Assembly: GCA_051599415.1 (NCBI GenBank)
Contig: AP039693.1
Coordinates: forward strand, 248,001 to 312,000
Length of the DNA: 64,000 bases
Reading direction: 5' to 3'
Source: Savitreella phatthalungensis
Lineage: Eukaryota
Below are positions 10,961-21,489 of this stretch, piece by piece. The notes beneath the pieces were generated by a model, which worked only from the letters and a program-made list of their open reading frames with translations, searched no databases and was not told the origin of the DNA. The position numbers and the translations under genes were made by a program. The number at the start of each line of letters is the position of its first letter. Position 1 is the first letter of the stretch.

Positions 10961-12595
10961 ATGTCATCACAAGTTGATGTGCGTGGCGATGCAAACTCCG
11001 CAAGGATGCGCGGTGCATTGAAGAATGAGCTTTCTCAGATCTATATTTATCGCGTACCTCCGGCCATATTGGACCACCTTCAGCCGGCAGATCAGAGTGG
11101 TGCAGAGATTGCAGACCTGAGCTCCTTGTCCATCGATGACGACCAAAGAACTGAAACGTCACGATCAAGTGAGGGCTCTAGCAGCGAGGCTTGCTCAGCT
11201 CGAATTGGCGAGGGCGATTTCCCAGCGTTTGATCATCAGCCTGTCAAGCGAAATGGATCATCAGTAGACTGGTACACTTCAGCTCACCTTTGCGGATTGA
11301 AGTGTGGTCCATACAGCTTGCTACTTCCAGTAAGCAGTAGCACATTGCACACTATACAGATTCCGACAACGACAGGTACAGAGCATGAGATAGAGCGCTC
11401 TCTGGCATTCTTCATGGCCGGCGGCGGCCACTTCGCTGCAGCGGTCATTTCGATCACGAAATCTAATGCGCAGTATTGCAAGATTCTAGCTAGTAAGAGC
11501 GTTCACCGCTATACAACTCGGCGCAAGCAGGGAGGAACTCAGTCGAGCAATGACAACGCTAAGGGTGCTGCGAACTCCGCAGGCGCCCAGATTCGTAGAC
11601 AAAATGAGGCCATGCTGCGTACAGACGTGGCGAGCGTCTTCAAAGACTGGGCCAATTTGCTCGAGCAGGTTGAGCTCATTTTCGTCAGAGCAGGCGGGCC
11701 GGCGAGTCGAAAGCTACTCTTCGACAATGGTTTGAGCTCAGGGGATCCGCGTCTACGCCGCATACCAATCACGACCAAGCGCGCCAAGCAAAGCGAGATC
11801 ATACGATGCTTCCACACGCTGACCAAGCTCCGCGTCGAGGAGACTGAAAACACATGCGGTCGTGATCCAGCAGAAAAAGCCACTTCCGACGGGGCAACGC
11901 AAGAAGAAAATAGACTAGCTGGCGGAGCATGTGACATAGGCGTGGTTGCTGAGCCGGACCCGGCCGCGATCGACTGGAGTCGAGATATAGTGATGCTCAT
12001 CAAGAAGGACAAAGCTCCAGCATTACGGCGACTCATGGACAGATTGGATATCAAGGCAAACGATTCATTGCAGCCAGCTCGCATATTCCGACATACCCCC
12101 ACTTTGTTGCACTACGCGGCACATGCTGGGGCACATCAGACAGTCTCTGCGCTTCTTGACGCCGGGGCTGATCCGACATGTCTCAACGCGGAGCTGCAGA
12201 CAGCTTTCGAGGTGACAGACGACCGCCGAACGCGTGAAACATTTCGTATCTGGCGCGGTCATCCCGGTCATGACGTGAGATGGGATTGGGACGCTGCGCG
12301 CGTTCCCGCAGCACTGTCGCAGGAGAAAGCTGCGCTTATGCGAGTAAAGCAAGCCAGTGAAGTGGAACGACATCGCAAAGAAGAGCTTGCCCGCCGTGAT
12401 GCCGCCCTTGCGAAATTTACTGCCGATGAGTGCAAGCCACACGCCGCATCATCGAGTGAACAACCCCGGACAGGGCTCTCAAAGTCTCACACCGATCGTC
12501 ACCTCCAACTTGATGGGGTTGATCCGACGATTAAGAAGCAGATCGAACGAGAGCGCCGGGCACGTGCCGCGGAGACTCGTGCAGCCAAACGGTGA
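10961..12595 (+). CDS. VMS1: Vms1/ANKZF1 ribosome quality control factor (VLRF1 domain, ankyrin repeat, VIM)
   Basis: GGGHFAAAV, HRYTTRRKQGGTQS (catalytic Gln), SAGAQIRR, ankyrin TLLHYAA and C-terminal VIM ERERRARAAETR. Confidence 0.92.
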   Translation: MSSQVDVRGDANSARMRGALKNELSQIYIYRVPPAILDHLQPADQSGAEIADLSSLSIDDDQRTETSRSSEGSSSEACSARIGEGDFPAFDHQPVKRNGSSVDWYTSAHLCGLKCGPYSLLLPVSSSTLHTIQIPTTTGTEHEIERSLAFFMAGGGHFAAAVISITKSNAQYCKILASKSVHRYTTRRKQGGTQSSNDNAKGAANSAGAQIRRQNEAMLRTDVASVFKDWANLLEQVELIFVRAGGPASRKLLFDNGLSSGDPRLRRIPITTKRAKQSEIIRCFHTLTKLRVEETENTCGRDPAEKATSDGATQEENRLAGGACDIGVVAEPDPAAIDWSRDIVMLIKKDKAPALRRLMDRLDIKANDSLQPARIFRHTPTLLHYAAHAGAHQTVSALLDAGADPTCLNAELQTAFEVTDDRRTRETFRIWRGHPGHDVRWDWDAARVPAALSQEKAALMRVKQASEVERHRKEELARRDAALAKFTADECKPHAASSSEQPRTGLSKSHTDRHLQLDGVDPTIKKQIERERRARAAETRAAKR

Positions 12596-12608
12596 CGATT
12601 GTTGAATT

Positions 12609-13331
12609 TCAGTAGATGCGCTCGAACGGCCGTGTATCTCGAAAACACGCGTCAAAGACAGCGCTCACATAGAACTCGGCCTCTTCCTTGGAATGCACTG
12701 CGGGATTCGCAACGAGCGCAGCGGTAGCTCGTCGGCGCACGCACTCCTGGTGATGGCGCGCAATACCGGTGATACCGGTCTGGCCGCCCTTATATTCCCG
12801 CCACCAGCCACACTCACCAGACAAGTTTGCAGCACGTACTTCTGCGCATGCATGGTGTCGCGGATTTGCCCAGTCGACCTTGAAGCGACACTGGTCGAAT
12901 GCATGAATGAGCTCATGCACAAGAGTTTTTTCCGCTTCAGATGTCTTAGTGACCTGATTGCTGCACAATCGAATGCCAGTGAGAGGAGCGAATCCGCCCT
13001 TGTATCCGAAACATGGTGCACATTCGACTTGCTCTTTGCCTGTCACACAGCCGAGCTTCTCCAGCTCATCTAGCATGAATCGAACGACGGGCGACGACTC
13101 GAACAGAAAATCCCGATTCTTTGCGCAGCGCTCGATCATCGGTTGCCGATATTTATCATGATGCGCTGCGATGCATTGAAGCTTTTGGTCCTGACGAGCA
13201 GTCCCGACGATGCAGCTCATCGACGTCAGCCATTGTTCGAAGGACGATAGCTTATTGTATCCATCGAGGGCGTGCCTAAAAGCCTGCTCAGCCTCTTGAG
13301 CAACCCTTGTGCTATCTTCCTCAGCGGCCAT
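12609..13331 (-). CDS. ATP23: Mitochondrial inner-membrane metalloprotease Atp23
   Basis: TLVHELIHAFD (HEXXH), HHACAEVRAANLSGEC and CFRDTRPFERIY terminus. Confidence 0.95.
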   Translation of the reverse strand: MAAEEDSTRVAQEAEQAFRHALDGYNKLSSFEQWLTSMSCIVGTARQDQKLQCIAAHHDKYRQPMIERCAKNRDFLFESSPVVRFMLDELEKLGCVTGKEQVECAPCFGYKGGFAPLTGIRLCSNQVTKTSEAEKTLVHELIHAFDQCRFKVDWANPRHHACAEVRAANLSGECGWWREYKGGQTGITGIARHHQECVRRRATAALVANPAVHSKEEAEFYVSAVFDACFRDTRPFERIY

Positions 13332-13662
13332 GAAAGCTTCAGCGAAGCGATTGAGCAGAATTCCGGTCTGCTGGTACTGTCAGTCATCGGACAAAGGGCA
13401 CTCCATAGAAAATTTATGTATGGTTTTCTCCGCTGGACTCTGCTTTCGGAACCACAAAAACTTTTTGGAGTGTCTACCGAGTCGCGTTTAGGCGTTCAAT
13501 TGTGCGTGCGTGATTCGGCTGATTGTCATAGAGTGTTGGTCACGTCTTATATCCAGGAAGGCGAACAGGTCGCCAGGAAAAGAAGGCTGCGGATAAGAGA
13601 TCACCTCGACATTCTGACGTTGCGAAGGATCACGGTTCGCGACACACCACGATTCGCGATCG

Positions 13663-15129
13663 ATGCGGACGAGGAAAACGATAGTGATCAAGCTCGGAAC
13701 GTCCTCGATCTGCGATGAGATTTCTCACGAGCCATTGATCTCAAATTTATCGCTTTTGGTGGAAACAGCGACTCGTTTGAGACGACAGGGACATCATGTT
13801 GTGATCGTATCATCTGGAGGTATCGCAATGGGTCTAAGGAGAATGAAGCTGCCGAAACGACCAAAAGAACTGGCAAAGAAACAGGCTATGGCAGCAATCG
13901 GTCAGTGCCGTCTGATTGCTCTGTGGGACACGCTGTTTATGCAGCTGCACCAGCCTGTTGCTCAGATCTTGCTGACGCGCAATGATATTGCCGACAGGTC
14001 ACAGTATCTCAATGCAAAAAACACACTGCGAGAGCTACTCAACATGGATGTGATCCCGATCGTGAACGAGAACGACACTCTAGCGGTGTCCGAGATAAAA
14101 TTCGGGGACAATGACACGCTAAGTGCTATCACGGCTGCGATGGTGTCGGCAGATTACCTTTTTTTGATGACAGATGTGGACTGCTTGTACACCGATAATC
14201 CTCGCAGCAATCCAGATGCTGTGCCTATTGAGACTATTACTGATTTCTCGCTGCTGCAGGCCGACGTCAGCGGTGCAGGAAGCTCCGTTGGTACGGGCGG
14301 CATGCTTACCAAGATAACGGCTGCAAAGCTCGCATCCTCAGCCGGCGTGATGACCATCATCACCCGTGGCTCTGCTCCAAATAACATTGTAGAGATTGTG
14401 GACGGCTTGTCCACGATGCACGAGGCTCATCACCTACATGTGCCTAAGCAGCAGCTGGTACAGACAGATGAAGCCTTTGCGACTGCTCATGAAGTACAAG
14501 CTTGTATCGCTCCGGCAGAAGACTCTCCTGGCAGCGCAAGCACGGCAAATCTACCACTGCACACCAAGTTTTTGCCGCTACATCGTCCGGTACGTGATCG
14601 GCATATCTGGCTTCTACACGGATTGTACCCGGAAGGGAAGCTCGTTATCGACGCAGGCGCTTACAGAGCCCTGACGGGCGCCAATAAAGCTGGGCTGTTA
14701 CCGGCCGGTATTGTCGCTGTGCACGGTTCATTTGCTGCAGACTCGTGCGTTGCTCTGTGCGTAGAACTCGATTTGCTAGAGGCCGTGGAAGGTGCTCAGC
14801 TCGAAGCTTTATCGGATTCTGCAAGGCCCAGTACCGCCAGATCTGCCAACGCTATGGGCTTGCCAGGGTCTCCAACGGTGATGGCAGCTGCCGCGGCTAT
14901 GAAATCTGCTCGTTCGGCTTCAGACAACCCTGTCACTCCTACCACGATTCCACACGATCTGAGCGGGCGCAGGATAAAGGAGGTTGGTCGATGTCTCACC
15001 AATTACTCCTCGGTCGAGATCGAGCGCATCAAGAGGCATCATTCTCACGACATTTCCCAAATCTTAGGTTACTCTGATACGGAGTACGTGGCTCATCGCG
15101 ACAACTTGGCATTCTACAAGCTGACCTAG
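13663..15129 (+). CDS. PRO1: Glutamate 5-kinase
   Basis: IVIKLGTSSI, PIVNENDT, KFGDNDTLSA and GTGGMLTK motifs; C-terminal PUA domain with insertions. Confidence 0.96.
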   Translation: MRTRKTIVIKLGTSSICDEISHEPLISNLSLLVETATRLRRQGHHVVIVSSGGIAMGLRRMKLPKRPKELAKKQAMAAIGQCRLIALWDTLFMQLHQPVAQILLTRNDIADRSQYLNAKNTLRELLNMDVIPIVNENDTLAVSEIKFGDNDTLSAITAAMVSADYLFLMTDVDCLYTDNPRSNPDAVPIETITDFSLLQADVSGAGSSVGTGGMLTKITAAKLASSAGVMTIITRGSAPNNIVEIVDGLSTMHEAHHLHVPKQQLVQTDEAFATAHEVQACIAPAEDSPGSASTANLPLHTKFLPLHRPVRDRHIWLLHGLYPEGKLVIDAGAYRALTGANKAGLLPAGIVAVHGSFAADSCVALCVELDLLEAVEGAQLEALSDSARPSTARSANAMGLPGSPTVMAAAAAMKSARSASDNPVTPTTIPHDLSGRRIKEVGRCLTNYSSVEIERIKRHHSHDISQILGYSDTEYVAHRDNLAFYKLT

Positions 15130-15132
15130 ACG

Positions 15133-16296
15133 TCAAAGGAATTCCTTCGACCTGTCGCGGTCACGCTTTGCCCCCCTGTCATCGAGCAGGAGTGCTTGTA
15201 TGATACGCTCGTATCCTCGAACGCCTTGAGTCAATTCATCGACAGAAATGTGCTCGTTGTCCGCATGAGCGACAAGGATCGACCCGGGCCCATAAAGTAG
15301 ACGTAGGCCGTTTGCAACTTTGCGCGACAAGTTCGGCACGTCAGTCGAGTAGTTCACAACGATCTCTTCCAAGCCAATGTTTGCAAGAGTATCGAGCACC
15401 GTCGGTGGCGAGGCTGCGGTCAGGTCGAAGGAGATATCGGCAGCCTCCGCTATCGTGTCATGGAGGTATTTGAGCGTTTGGTTAAATGCTCCGCTGATGC
15501 GCACAGTGCACACAGCCCAGGCTTGAGCCGGAACGACATTTGCCGCCACACCGCCCTCCATTCTGCCGATGTTGAAGGTCGTCTGTCCGAGAGTAGTGTC
15601 GTTGTGCCAAGAATGCGATTTGAGCGTGCTCAAGACGTCGACCAACTTCTCGTTCGCGGACGAGCCTAGCCAAGGATATCCCGAATGAGATGCTTTCCCG
15701 TTTGCAGTGATCTTAAAATTCATCAGCCCCTTATGACCGCGAGCGATTTTACCCTCGGTTGGCTCGCCGAACACAACTGATGGCCATGAGCGCTTCTCAG
15801 CTTCAAAGAGTTTCGAAACAGCCTGCATCCCAGGCCCATTGACTTCCTCGCCGCTAACATACAGTACAGCAATATCATCTGCGTCGACCTTGCGATCTCT
15901 GAGCAGATTTCGCACGGCTTGGATTTGCGCTGCGACAGATGCCTTTGCATCACTGCTGCCACGACCCCACACGGTCCGGTCGCTGGGATGATAGGAATAT
16001 GGGATATACGGAGGCACTGTGTCCAGATGTGAAGTGAGAAGCAATTTCGTACTGTTTGACTTGCCAGGCCAGGCGAGCAAGTTGGGGCCGATCTGCGGAT
16101 CTAGCGTTGCGACCTGCAATGTCGACCACCCGAATGACTCGAGCTGAGTGGTTAGTGTCTCGACGATACATTGCTCATTTGTCGAGATAGAGTTGTGCTC
16201 TACAAGCAATTTGTGCAGAGCTAGCAATTCTGATTCGAACACTGCTCGACTCAGCGCTGAGGCCGAGCCTAGTATCAAGCAGAAGCCCAGCAACAT
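15133..16296 (-). CDS. M20A metallopeptidase (acetylornithine deacetylase/carboxypeptidase-like) with signal peptide
   Basis: Hydrophobic N-terminus, SHLDTVPP, GRGSSDAKAS, GEE, GEPTE, HSGYP and GPGSILVAH motifs. Confidence 0.88.
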   Translation of the reverse strand: MLLGFCLILGSASALSRAVFESELLALHKLLVEHNSISTNEQCIVETLTTQLESFGWSTLQVATLDPQIGPNLLAWPGKSNSTKLLLTSHLDTVPPYIPYSYHPSDRTVWGRGSSDAKASVAAQIQAVRNLLRDRKVDADDIAVLYVSGEEVNGPGMQAVSKLFEAEKRSWPSVVFGEPTEGKIARGHKGLMNFKITANGKASHSGYPWLGSSANEKLVDVLSTLKSHSWHNDTTLGQTTFNIGRMEGGVAANVVPAQAWAVCTVRISGAFNQTLKYLHDTIAEAADISFDLTAASPPTVLDTLANIGLEEIVVNYSTDVPNLSRKVANGLRLLYGPGSILVAHADNEHISVDELTQGVRGYERIIQALLLDDRGAKRDRDRSKEFL

Positions 16297-16565
16297 CTGA
16301 CGTCGTCGAGCTCGACTGACAGTCTAGCATGAGATCAGTCACAAATAGGTGATCAAATTCCATGACTGTTCAAAAACCTTCGCAATTGTGTGATGCCAAT
16401 TTGCGCTTGTCGGCAAACACCGGACGTGTAGAGCCAACGGGCCGGGTCTTCCACAGATGCAGTCCCCGCATCGACAAAAAGCTTCCTTTCTAACAACAAT
16501 TGCTGTACAACAATCGCAAGACGGGAAGACAAATCTACGACTCTAGCCTCCGTTCACAGTGCAGA

Positions 16566-16925
16566 ATGACTAGAAGGATCAGCATAGCCGAAGTCGCTAA
16601 GAACAACACCGAACAATCCGCGTGGGTGATTGTTGAAGGCGGTGTTTACGACGTCACGACATTTCTTGACCAGCATCCCGGAGGCAAAAAGATTCTCCTG
16701 CGCAACAGTACGTTTACACCTGATTCCCTCGAACGCGCTTGATTAACACATGATAAGCTGGCAAGGATGCGTCGAAGGCATTTGCGAAGTTTCATAATGA
16801 TCGGATTTTGAAGAAGTATGAGAAGCTAAAAGTAAGCCCAAACCGCAACAACATCAGTCGAGCTCGTTGCCATGATGCTGACAGAATCACAGATTGGTCA
16901 AGTTGCCGACGACGCAAAACTCTAG
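16566..16925 (+). CDS. Small soluble cytochrome b5 heme-binding protein, join(16566..16707,16758..16831,16893..16925), ending in AKL
   Basis: WVIVEGGVYDVTTFLDQHPGG...GKDASKAFAKFH carries both heme His. Introns GTACGT..GATTAAC..AAG (50 nt) and GTAAGC..GCTGAC..CAG (61 nt) restore the frame. Confidence 0.9.
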
Positions 16926-16945
16926 CAAGCCGATTCAAATCGTCA

Positions 16946-19054
16946 TTAATCGGATAGCATAGCTAATGCTTTTGCCGACGCCTCTCTGATTCTCGCCTCT
17001 TGCCCTCCTTCATATGATACGCGTAGTGCGGCTTTGAGAGACGTGCTTGCGAACTCTCGAATGCTTTCTCCCAGCGTCAAACTTGTGCAAACCCCGACTA
17101 GCGCTCGATATTGTGCTTCCGCGTCGACAGTACTCTGTATGCGTATCAACTGCGAACTTGATGCGAGTGCCAGACGGGCTGTCTCGATGTCTTGCATGCT
17201 GCAGGCCGCAACTTGAATATTGAGCAGGAACGTGCTGAACGCCACCGCCAAATTGCGATTCGCAAGAAGATCGCCGTATTCAGTACATGTATGAAGCACA
17301 GCTTCTAAGTGTGGCCGCAGTCGCGCGAGTCCTGTCGCTGCATCAAGCGCCAGTAGATTGGCTAAACAGCGCAGACCTAACATGGAATTTGTCATCGCGA
17401 TCTTGTCCATACGCCGTTCTGCGGTCAGTCCCGTAGCTTGCAGCAAGGCTTGCAATTTTGCAGCTGTACACCAGGACCGCGGAGCTTTTGGTAGACTCAG
17501 TCGAAGAAGGTCGATTGCTGGGAAGACCTGCCATTCGGGCAAAGATAGATAAAGCTGCTCGATCGCATCAAGATCTCTCGCGGTAGGCCTAGCCAAGTCG
17601 AGCTTCTTACAAGTCTCAAGAGCCATCGGATCGGGGTCGAATGATTCCAATTTCTGGAGAATGATCTTCTTGTCGCCTGAAGTCATGGCTAGGCAGTGCG
17701 TTTGTGGCGAGATTCGAGCCGCTGAGTGCAGCGCGGACTCTTTGCGAGAAAGTCCTATTCGCGCATCACCAGTATTGTTCTCAATGAAGCGGACGATCTG
17801 GTCAAAATATTGGGTATCCAGACCATGGCGCTCGATGAAGCGCTGCGCAACATTGTGCGGATTATCCTTGAGATTGAGAGGCAGCTTGAGTGGAGGGCGC
17901 CCTTCAGCCACGTCGACATCAAATACAAAATCGTACTCGCAGCCTTCAAACTCGATTTTGCTGGGCTCTGCCCCCACGACGTCACCAACCTTGACCCATA
18001 TCCCCCCAGACCACTCGTGAGCCTCCACAAGAGATTCGTTGAGTCTCACCATTTTTATCTCACCATCCCTTTTCCCTGGCTCTGCTAGAGCCTGCAAACC
18101 AGGTAGATAATCGGGGATTTGCTGGCCGCCAAGCTGACTACTAGAGTCGGCTAACTCAACCTCCTTCTCAAAATCGAGTAACGCTTGTTCGGATCCCATG
18201 CGGGCTGGAGTCTTGGTCCAGACACGAACAGCAGCGTCAGACGACCCGGTGACGATATCGCCATTTCCCATTATTGCCAGTGCCCAGACAGAAACAGTCG
18301 GTAAGTGGATCGTCTGCTCGAGTCTGCCGTCGACCCAGCATCGCAGCGAGCGGTCCTCTCCCACGGAAAAGATCGTGCCGTGCTCGTCTACTTGCACTTG
18401 ATATATAAAGGATTCGTGACCATGTAGTTCTTGGAGGACTTCTCCCGCTGCATTGTGCAGCCGAATGATGGCGTCGTTACCAGCTGATACAAATCCTGTT
18501 GGGTGCAGCGCAAGCGTGCGGATACAGTCTGCTCCAGTGAAGAGGACCTTGATCTGCCGTCCGTCCTTCCAGAGGCGTATGGTCTTATCAGCTCCTGCAG
18601 TCAAAATTCCTTGTTGCGTCGCCAGGACAGCCCACACTGCACCTTCATGTCCGCTCAGGGTATACAGACACTGCGTATCTTTCCACAAACGCGCTGTCCC
18701 ATCCCAGCTACCGCTGAGTATTGTCCGGTTCGTCCGGTTGTTGGTATCGACTGATAGTGCGCATACATTTGAGCTATGCCCAAGCAGCGCGAATCTGAGC
18801 TCTTCATTTTGGATCGAAGTCAGGTAGATTGCAGAGTCTTGACCACCCGACACAATGTGGTCACCACTCGTGGCAATCGCATTGACGAAGCCTTCGTGTA
18901 ATCGCCAGGTCCGATGTTCGCCCTGGCTCCCGGCAGGCCAAATTTTGATGGTGCCGTCTCTGCTGCAAGAGACAATCGTCTCGCCACTAGCAGCGACGCC
19001 TCGGACATCCTTCTCATGCCCAAGCAACGTTCTGCTGAGTTTGTACAGATTCAT
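16946..19054 (-). CDS. DOA1: Doa1/Ufd3/PLAA (WD40-PFU-PUL); likely start at the ATG at 19054
   Basis: WD40 repeats from YKLSRTLLGHEKDVRGV, PFU motif YDFVFDVDVAEGRPPLKLP and a helical PUL region. Confidence 0.95.
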   Translation of the reverse strand: MNLYKLSRTLLGHEKDVRGVAASGETIVSCSRDGTIKIWPAGSQGEHRTWRLHEGFVNAIATSGDHIVSGGQDSAIYLTSIQNEELRFALLGHSSNVCALSVDTNNRTNRTILSGSWDGTARLWKDTQCLYTLSGHEGAVWAVLATQQGILTAGADKTIRLWKDGRQIKVLFTGADCIRTLALHPTGFVSAGNDAIIRLHNAAGEVLQELHGHESFIYQVQVDEHGTIFSVGEDRSLRCWVDGRLEQTIHLPTVSVWALAIMGNGDIVTGSSDAAVRVWTKTPARMGSEQALLDFEKEVELADSSSQLGGQQIPDYLPGLQALAEPGKRDGEIKMVRLNESLVEAHEWSGGIWVKVGDVVGAEPSKIEFEGCEYDFVFDVDVAEGRPPLKLPLNLKDNPHNVAQRFIERHGLDTQYFDQIVRFIENNTGDARIGLSRKESALHSAARISPQTHCLAMTSGDKKIILQKLESFDPDPMALETCKKLDLARPTARDLDAIEQLYLSLPEWQVFPAIDLLRLSLPKAPRSWCTAAKLQALLQATGLTAERRMDKIAMTNSMLGLRCLANLLALDAATGLARLRPHLEAVLHTCTEYGDLLANRNLAVAFSTFLLNIQVAACSMQDIETARLALASSSQLIRIQSTVDAEAQYRALVGVCTSLTLGESIREFASTSLKAALRVSYEGGQEARIREASAKALAMLSD

Positions 19055-19299
19055 TACTTCAGGTCGATAGTAGATACGTACCCTCGATGTATCGAATTTG
19101 CTTCCTCCAAGCGGGCCGTGACGTGGTGAATGATCATGCAGTCTATGCATTTGATCACTCTGATCGAAAGCATTATGATCATGTATGTTTCGACTGCTAC
19201 TGGACCCGAATGCCACACGCGCGACACGGGCCATTGTAATCTCAACTCAAGAGTGTGTTCGAAAACGCAAAGCTTCCATACGTCCGCGGCCGCAGGTCT

Positions 19300-19992
19300 A
19301 TGGCGACCAAAGCCGCTATCAAGAGACTCACGAAAGAATATCAGCAAATCCAACGCGACCCGCCAGAATTTGCAATCGCGAAGCCTTCAGAGCGCAATAT
19401 TCTTGAATGGCACTATGTCATCACAGGTCCGCCGGACTCTCCGTACGCGGGCGGGCAGTACTACGGGACCCTCCATTTCCCGGCAGATTATCCGTTCAAG
19501 CCACCGGCGATCAAGATGTGCACGCCAAGCGGTAGATTTCAGTGCAACACACGTCTGTGCTTGTCCATTTCTGACTTCCACCCGAAATCCTGGAATCCCT
19601 CATGGCAGGTGAGCACTATTTTGACCGGGCTGTTGTCATTCATGACTTCTGAAGAAATTACTACAGGCGGTCTGTCCACTTCTGTTTCAGCACGCCAGAT
19701 TTACGCAAAGAGCTCGAGGGCAAACAACCTCACTAACTCCACCTTTTGCCGAGAATTCCCCGATCTTGTCGTGTCAAATGAGCTCGAAGCAGCGCAAGTA
19801 TTGTCAGCCGCAGCACCTGCAGGACTGCTTGCTGAGCAGCGAAAAAGAACTCCTACAACGACCTCGAAGATCGAAGAGAAGACCGATATGGCCGCACGGG
19901 CACCAGATCCACCGGCAAAGCAAGGTCTCTATTGGACCTCTGCTGTGGTGCTAGGCCTTTTTCTCATCATTTTGGGACGCATCTATTCATAG
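19300..19992 (+). CDS. UBC6: ER tail-anchored ubiquitin-conjugating enzyme Ubc6
   Basis: MATKAAIKRLTKEY, TPSGRF..NTRLCLSISDFHP and a C-terminal TM helix. Confidence 0.96.
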   Translation: MATKAAIKRLTKEYQQIQRDPPEFAIAKPSERNILEWHYVITGPPDSPYAGGQYYGTLHFPADYPFKPPAIKMCTPSGRFQCNTRLCLSISDFHPKSWNPSWQVSTILTGLLSFMTSEEITTGGLSTSVSARQIYAKSSRANNLTNSTFCREFPDLVVSNELEAAQVLSAAAPAGLLAEQRKRTPTTTSKIEEKTDMAARAPDPPAKQGLYWTSAVVLGLFLIILGRIYS

Positions 19993-20094
19993 ACTGCTCG
20001 GAGGAGCGCGCACGTGGACAAAGTTACGCACGACTTATATAAATGCAACGTACGATAGGGGCGATGATGCTGAAAGGGGTTCCGGCAGCTTGAA

Positions 20095-21072
20095 TCACTT
20101 CGATGCAATCTCTTTTGCTTTGTCGGCCGTTGCGGCGGCCATCTGACTGAAGTCGCGATCCATCATGCCGCCCTCAAGCCAGCCTTTAATCTTCTCATAG
20201 ACTGCGAATGTGACCGCTTGGCCCGGTGCGACACGCAGCACGCGGGGTGTGATGCCCTTGTATAACGCGCTCACACCTTCTTTTGCGACGAGATCACGTG
20301 TGACGTTGACGATGCGGGCGAGACCCTTCGAGCCATCTGTCGAAGCACCCCTTTGAATACGCGTTTTTATCGTATCTATGGGGGCATTTGACATGGGTCC
20401 CATAGCGCCCGAGATGCCGCCTAAGAGGAAATTTTGATATGATGGCAGGACTGCAATTTCTTGCCACTCCTTTGCCCATTTCTGAAATTCCTGGTACGCG
20501 GTGAAGTTCACACCTTGATTGGTGGCCTGTCGAAGCGCAGTAAGCGAGACGCCGCGATACAATGCCAACAAGCCTTCTTCTCGGACGATTGTGTAGGCAG
20601 CGTGGGCAGCGTTCCGATAGCGCGGTACGTCGAGCGGATCAGCCATCGAATGATGCTGGGCTTGGAGTCTGATTTTGATGCATTCCATCGGTGAAACTAC
20701 AGCGACAGCTTCTGTCACACCTGCACCGAGACCTGCAATGAAGACTTTGCCCGTAGCCACTTTGCCTTGCTCATCGGCCAGCAACCTTTTGTATGCTTCA
20801 AAGGATGAAAAACGGATCGCCATCTTTGGCACGATGCCGGTAACGACAGCCCCAAGACCTTTGTAAAGTGCGAGCGGGGACTCTTTGCGCACGATGTCGC
20901 GGCCAACTCCAAAAAAGCTGCGCTTCTTGGCTCCCGGAAGCCGCGCGCGCGTCGACAGCTGCATACGTACCTTGATCGTGTCGAGCGGATGGCAAGCGAG
21001 CGCTTCGCACAAGCCGGCGATGCCGCCAGAGACCAGATGCACGGGGCTCGACGTCTTCTTTTTGTCAGCCAT
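20095..21072 (-). CDS. SFC1: Mitochondrial succinate/fumarate carrier
   Basis: Three carrier repeats; CHPLDTIKVRMQ, KIRLQAQHHSMADP and LTALRQATNQ are characteristic of Sfc1/Acr1. Confidence 0.93.
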   Translation of the reverse strand: MADKKKTSSPVHLVSGGIAGLCEALACHPLDTIKVRMQLSTRARLPGAKKRSFFGVGRDIVRKESPLALYKGLGAVVTGIVPKMAIRFSSFEAYKRLLADEQGKVATGKVFIAGLGAGVTEAVAVVSPMECIKIRLQAQHHSMADPLDVPRYRNAAHAAYTIVREEGLLALYRGVSLTALRQATNQGVNFTAYQEFQKWAKEWQEIAVLPSYQNFLLGGISGAMGPMSNAPIDTIKTRIQRGASTDGSKGLARIVNVTRDLVAKEGVSALYKGITPRVLRVAPGQAVTFAVYEKIKGWLEGGMMDRDFSQMAAATADKAKEIASK

Positions 21073-21489
21073 TGCTCCGATGTCGAAGAACGAGATGGGT
21101 GATTTGTGATCTTCTGTATACCTTTGATGTCGTCGGACTTGATATGGAGTTGCGCGCCCCGGATAATCCTTCGATACAAGGGCTGAGAGTCCGACTGACG
21201 CATGGAGCGAACGAATTCAAACCTCGGGTAAGAATTGAGAAAGATTGACTTCAATTGGATGCGTCTCCACTTTTCCGTTTTACTATTCTGCCTCGCAAGC
21301 TTGTACAAACTTTTTCATCGATCAAACCGCGGAGCCGGGTGAAATTTGAATCGGGATTCGAGAGTCATTGATGCAGTGCCGCTAAGATAGCGGCCGACGT
21401 GCATGCAGACGCTGAACAATGCTCGCCCAACCTTTCCACTACAGAATTTTGTTTTTCAAGTTTGTGTTCATTGCAAGACGCAGAATGCG

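Noticed and set aside
19055..19299. N-terminal extensions of DOA1 and UBC6 in the ORF track (also CEG1, NUC1, PSF2, the Zrt3-like gene)
   Set aside because: They start at upstream or non-ATG codons in promoter DNA; family similarity begins at the downstream ATGs.
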